From: an uncultured Gammaproteobacteria bacterium | GTDB lineage: Bacteria; Pseudomonadota; Gammaproteobacteria; UBA9214 | Assembly: GCA_963773065.1 (NCBI GenBank) | Contig: CAVYZN010000008.1 | Span: forward strand, 160,001 to 224,000 | Length of the DNA: 64,000 nucleotides | Direction: 5' to 3' | Shown: piece after piece, positions 61,914 through 64,000 of the stretch | Numbering within the stretch: position 1 is the first letter of the stretch | How the letters are laid out: each line of letters opens with the position of its first letter | The notes under the pieces: model-generated | What the model saw: the letters and a program-made list of their open reading frames with translations, nothing else | Database searches by the model: none | What the model was told of the DNA's origin: nothing | Position numbers and translations under genes: made by a program

Positions 61914-64000
61914 GTGAAGCGCTACCGGCCTTTGCCCATCGTTGCGAGTCTACTGCTGCTCACGGCATTGGCGCCGGCCGCCGGCGCCGTGCAATGGCAA
62001 TGCGGCGCCGGCGAGGACGATACCTGGAGCTGCCGCGATGCCGGCAACGACAGGCCGGACGTCACACCCGCCGCGATCCCCACCGCTCCCGGCGCCGCGC
62101 CACAGGACCAGGAACGACCCCCCGGGCCGCTAACGGCCCAGCCGCCGGCACCGCCGAATCCGGCCGCCGGGACGGCGCCACCGGCGCCCGCCCAGGCAGC
62201 AGCTCCGGTCGATGAACGCTGGAAGCTTTGCCCGCCCGCCACACCCGCGGCCACGGCGACGACGAGCGCCGCCGGCGATGAATCCCTCATCAACCTTTAT
62301 GGCGATACGGCGGAGTCCGTCGAACAGCAGGTCTTTACCCTGCGCGGCAACGCCGTGGTCATTTACGGCCCGAAGCGACTCGATGCGGACACCATCACCT
62401 ACAACCAGAACGACGGTGAGGTCGACGCGCAGGGCAACCTGCACTATGCCGAACCCGGCTTGCTGGTCAACGGGGATCATGCCCAACTGTTCCCCGATGA
62501 AAAACGGGGCACGCTTTACGAGGCTGACTACGAGCTGCCGGACCGTCACGGTCGCGGCCAGGCGGAGGTGGTCCACCTGCTGGACCCCGACCACCGGCAA
62601 CTCGACCAGGCCACGTACACGACCTGCCCGCCGGGCAATACGGACTGGCTATTGTCAGCCCGGCAGGTGGACCTCGACACGGAGGATGGCATGGGCGTCG
62701 CGCACCATGCCACGATGAACCTGAAAGGCGTGCCGGTCCTGTACACACCCTACATCAGCTTCCCGATCGATGACCGCCGCCGCTCCGGTTTTCTGATCCC
62801 GAAATTCGGCGTTTCCCAGGAGACCGGACTCGATACTCAGCGTACCGTATTACTGGAACATCGCGCCCAACTATGACGCGACGCTGATGCCGCGCGTCAT
62901 GAGCAAACGCGGCGTCATGCTGGACACGGAGTTTCGCTACCTGCACCGGAAAGACAGCGGCATGCTGAGGGCCGAGTATCTGCCCTCGGATCCCGAGTAC
63001 GACAACAAGGATCGCAGCCTCGTCTCATTCGAGGACAAGGGCAACCCCCTGCCCCGCCTCACTACACGCATCGACGCCAGCAATGTCTCGGACAAGGACT
63101 ACTTTAAGGACCTGGGGAACACCCTGGTTCAATCGAGCCAGTCCTTCCTGAAGCGGGAGGCGCATACGACTTACCATGGCAACCAGTGGACGCTGGATGC
63201 ACGTGTGCTCAATTTCCAGACCGTCGACCCTACCGTGGCGGTGGTGGATCGGCCCTACATGGAACTGCCCAGGGTGCGCTTCAATGCCGCGCCGGAGCAG
63301 AGGCTGATGGGCCTGCATTTCGGGTTTGATTCCGAAGTGACGCAATTCGAGAAGGACAAGACGGTCACGGGCACCCGTGTCGACATGCTGCCGCAGCTTG
63401 ACCCTGCCGTTCGAGCGCGCGGCCTATTACATCAAGCCCTCGGTCGGATTGCGCCAGACCTTCTATCAGTTGAATGACCAATCGCCCGGCGAACCGAGTA
63501 GCCCGCAACGAACCACGATGGTGGCCGACATCGACTCGGGTATGTATTTTGACCGCGACTTGCGGTGGGGTGATTCAGACTATGTGCAGACGCTGGAGCC
63601 ACGCCTTTACTATCTTTTTGTCCCGAACAGGAAGCAGGATGACATACCGGTATTCGATACCGGCAATTACGACTTCAACTTCTGGCAGTTGTTCCAGGAA
63701 AACCGCTTCAGCGGGCCGGACCGAATGGGGGATGCAAACCAGCTCGCGGCGGCGCTGACGACGCGTGTTCTCGACCCGGCAAGCGGCGTACAGCGGCTGC
63801 GCGCCAGCCTGGGGCAACTGGTTTATTTCCGCAATCTGGAAGTGACCCTGCCCGGCGAACCCGTGGTCTCCGACAACACCTCGGACCTGATCAGCGAATT
63901 CGCCGTGGCCTTTTCCCGGGAGTGGAATGCCGAGACCGATATCCAGTGGGACCCGAGCGCATCACGCACCGATCGGGGTGATGTCCGGCTCCAGTACCGG
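61914..64000 (+). CDS. lptD: LPS assembly protein LptD (frameshifts ~62840, ~63400; runs off window)
   Basis: YTTCPPG, PVLYTPY, RRSGFLIP, YWNIAPNYD, QTLEPR, ENRFSG.DR.GDAN; divergent from amgK. Confidence 0.93.

Overview
GC-rich gammaproteobacterial chromosome segment, probably Chromatiales-like (inferred from gene content). 1-11.9 kb: core cluster tRNA-Tyr/Gly/Thr-tuf-tRNA-Trp-secE-nusG-rplKAJL-rpoB-rpoC on the minus strand. 12-41.7 kb: housekeeping and hypothetical genes (acuI, MBL hydrolase, sixA, pcm, ybeD-lipB-lipA, ggt, bcsA-like/bcsS), interrupted at 18.2-21 kb by a lower-GC islet. The islet holds a coupled three-gene operon (TIGR04255 protein, GWDGY-motif protein, ART-like protein), the best candidate for an uncharacterised toxin/defence system. 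It also holds an Avd-like fragment and the 5' half of a group II intron. 41.7-56.1 kb: defence/TA island with an attI-like site plus one attC cassette but no intI, type I-like RM (hsdR, KilA-N, fused M-S), a Lamassu/ABC-3C triad, several TA modules and Fic. It is stitched together by palindromic repeats and RAYT-like remnants. 56-64 kb: GCS2/M14/glycosyltransferase-like operon, murU, amgK, lptD. Single-base frameshifts occur even in rpoB and lptD, so most broken ORFs are probably sequencing or assembly errors. Family calls come from motif recognition only; no searches were run.
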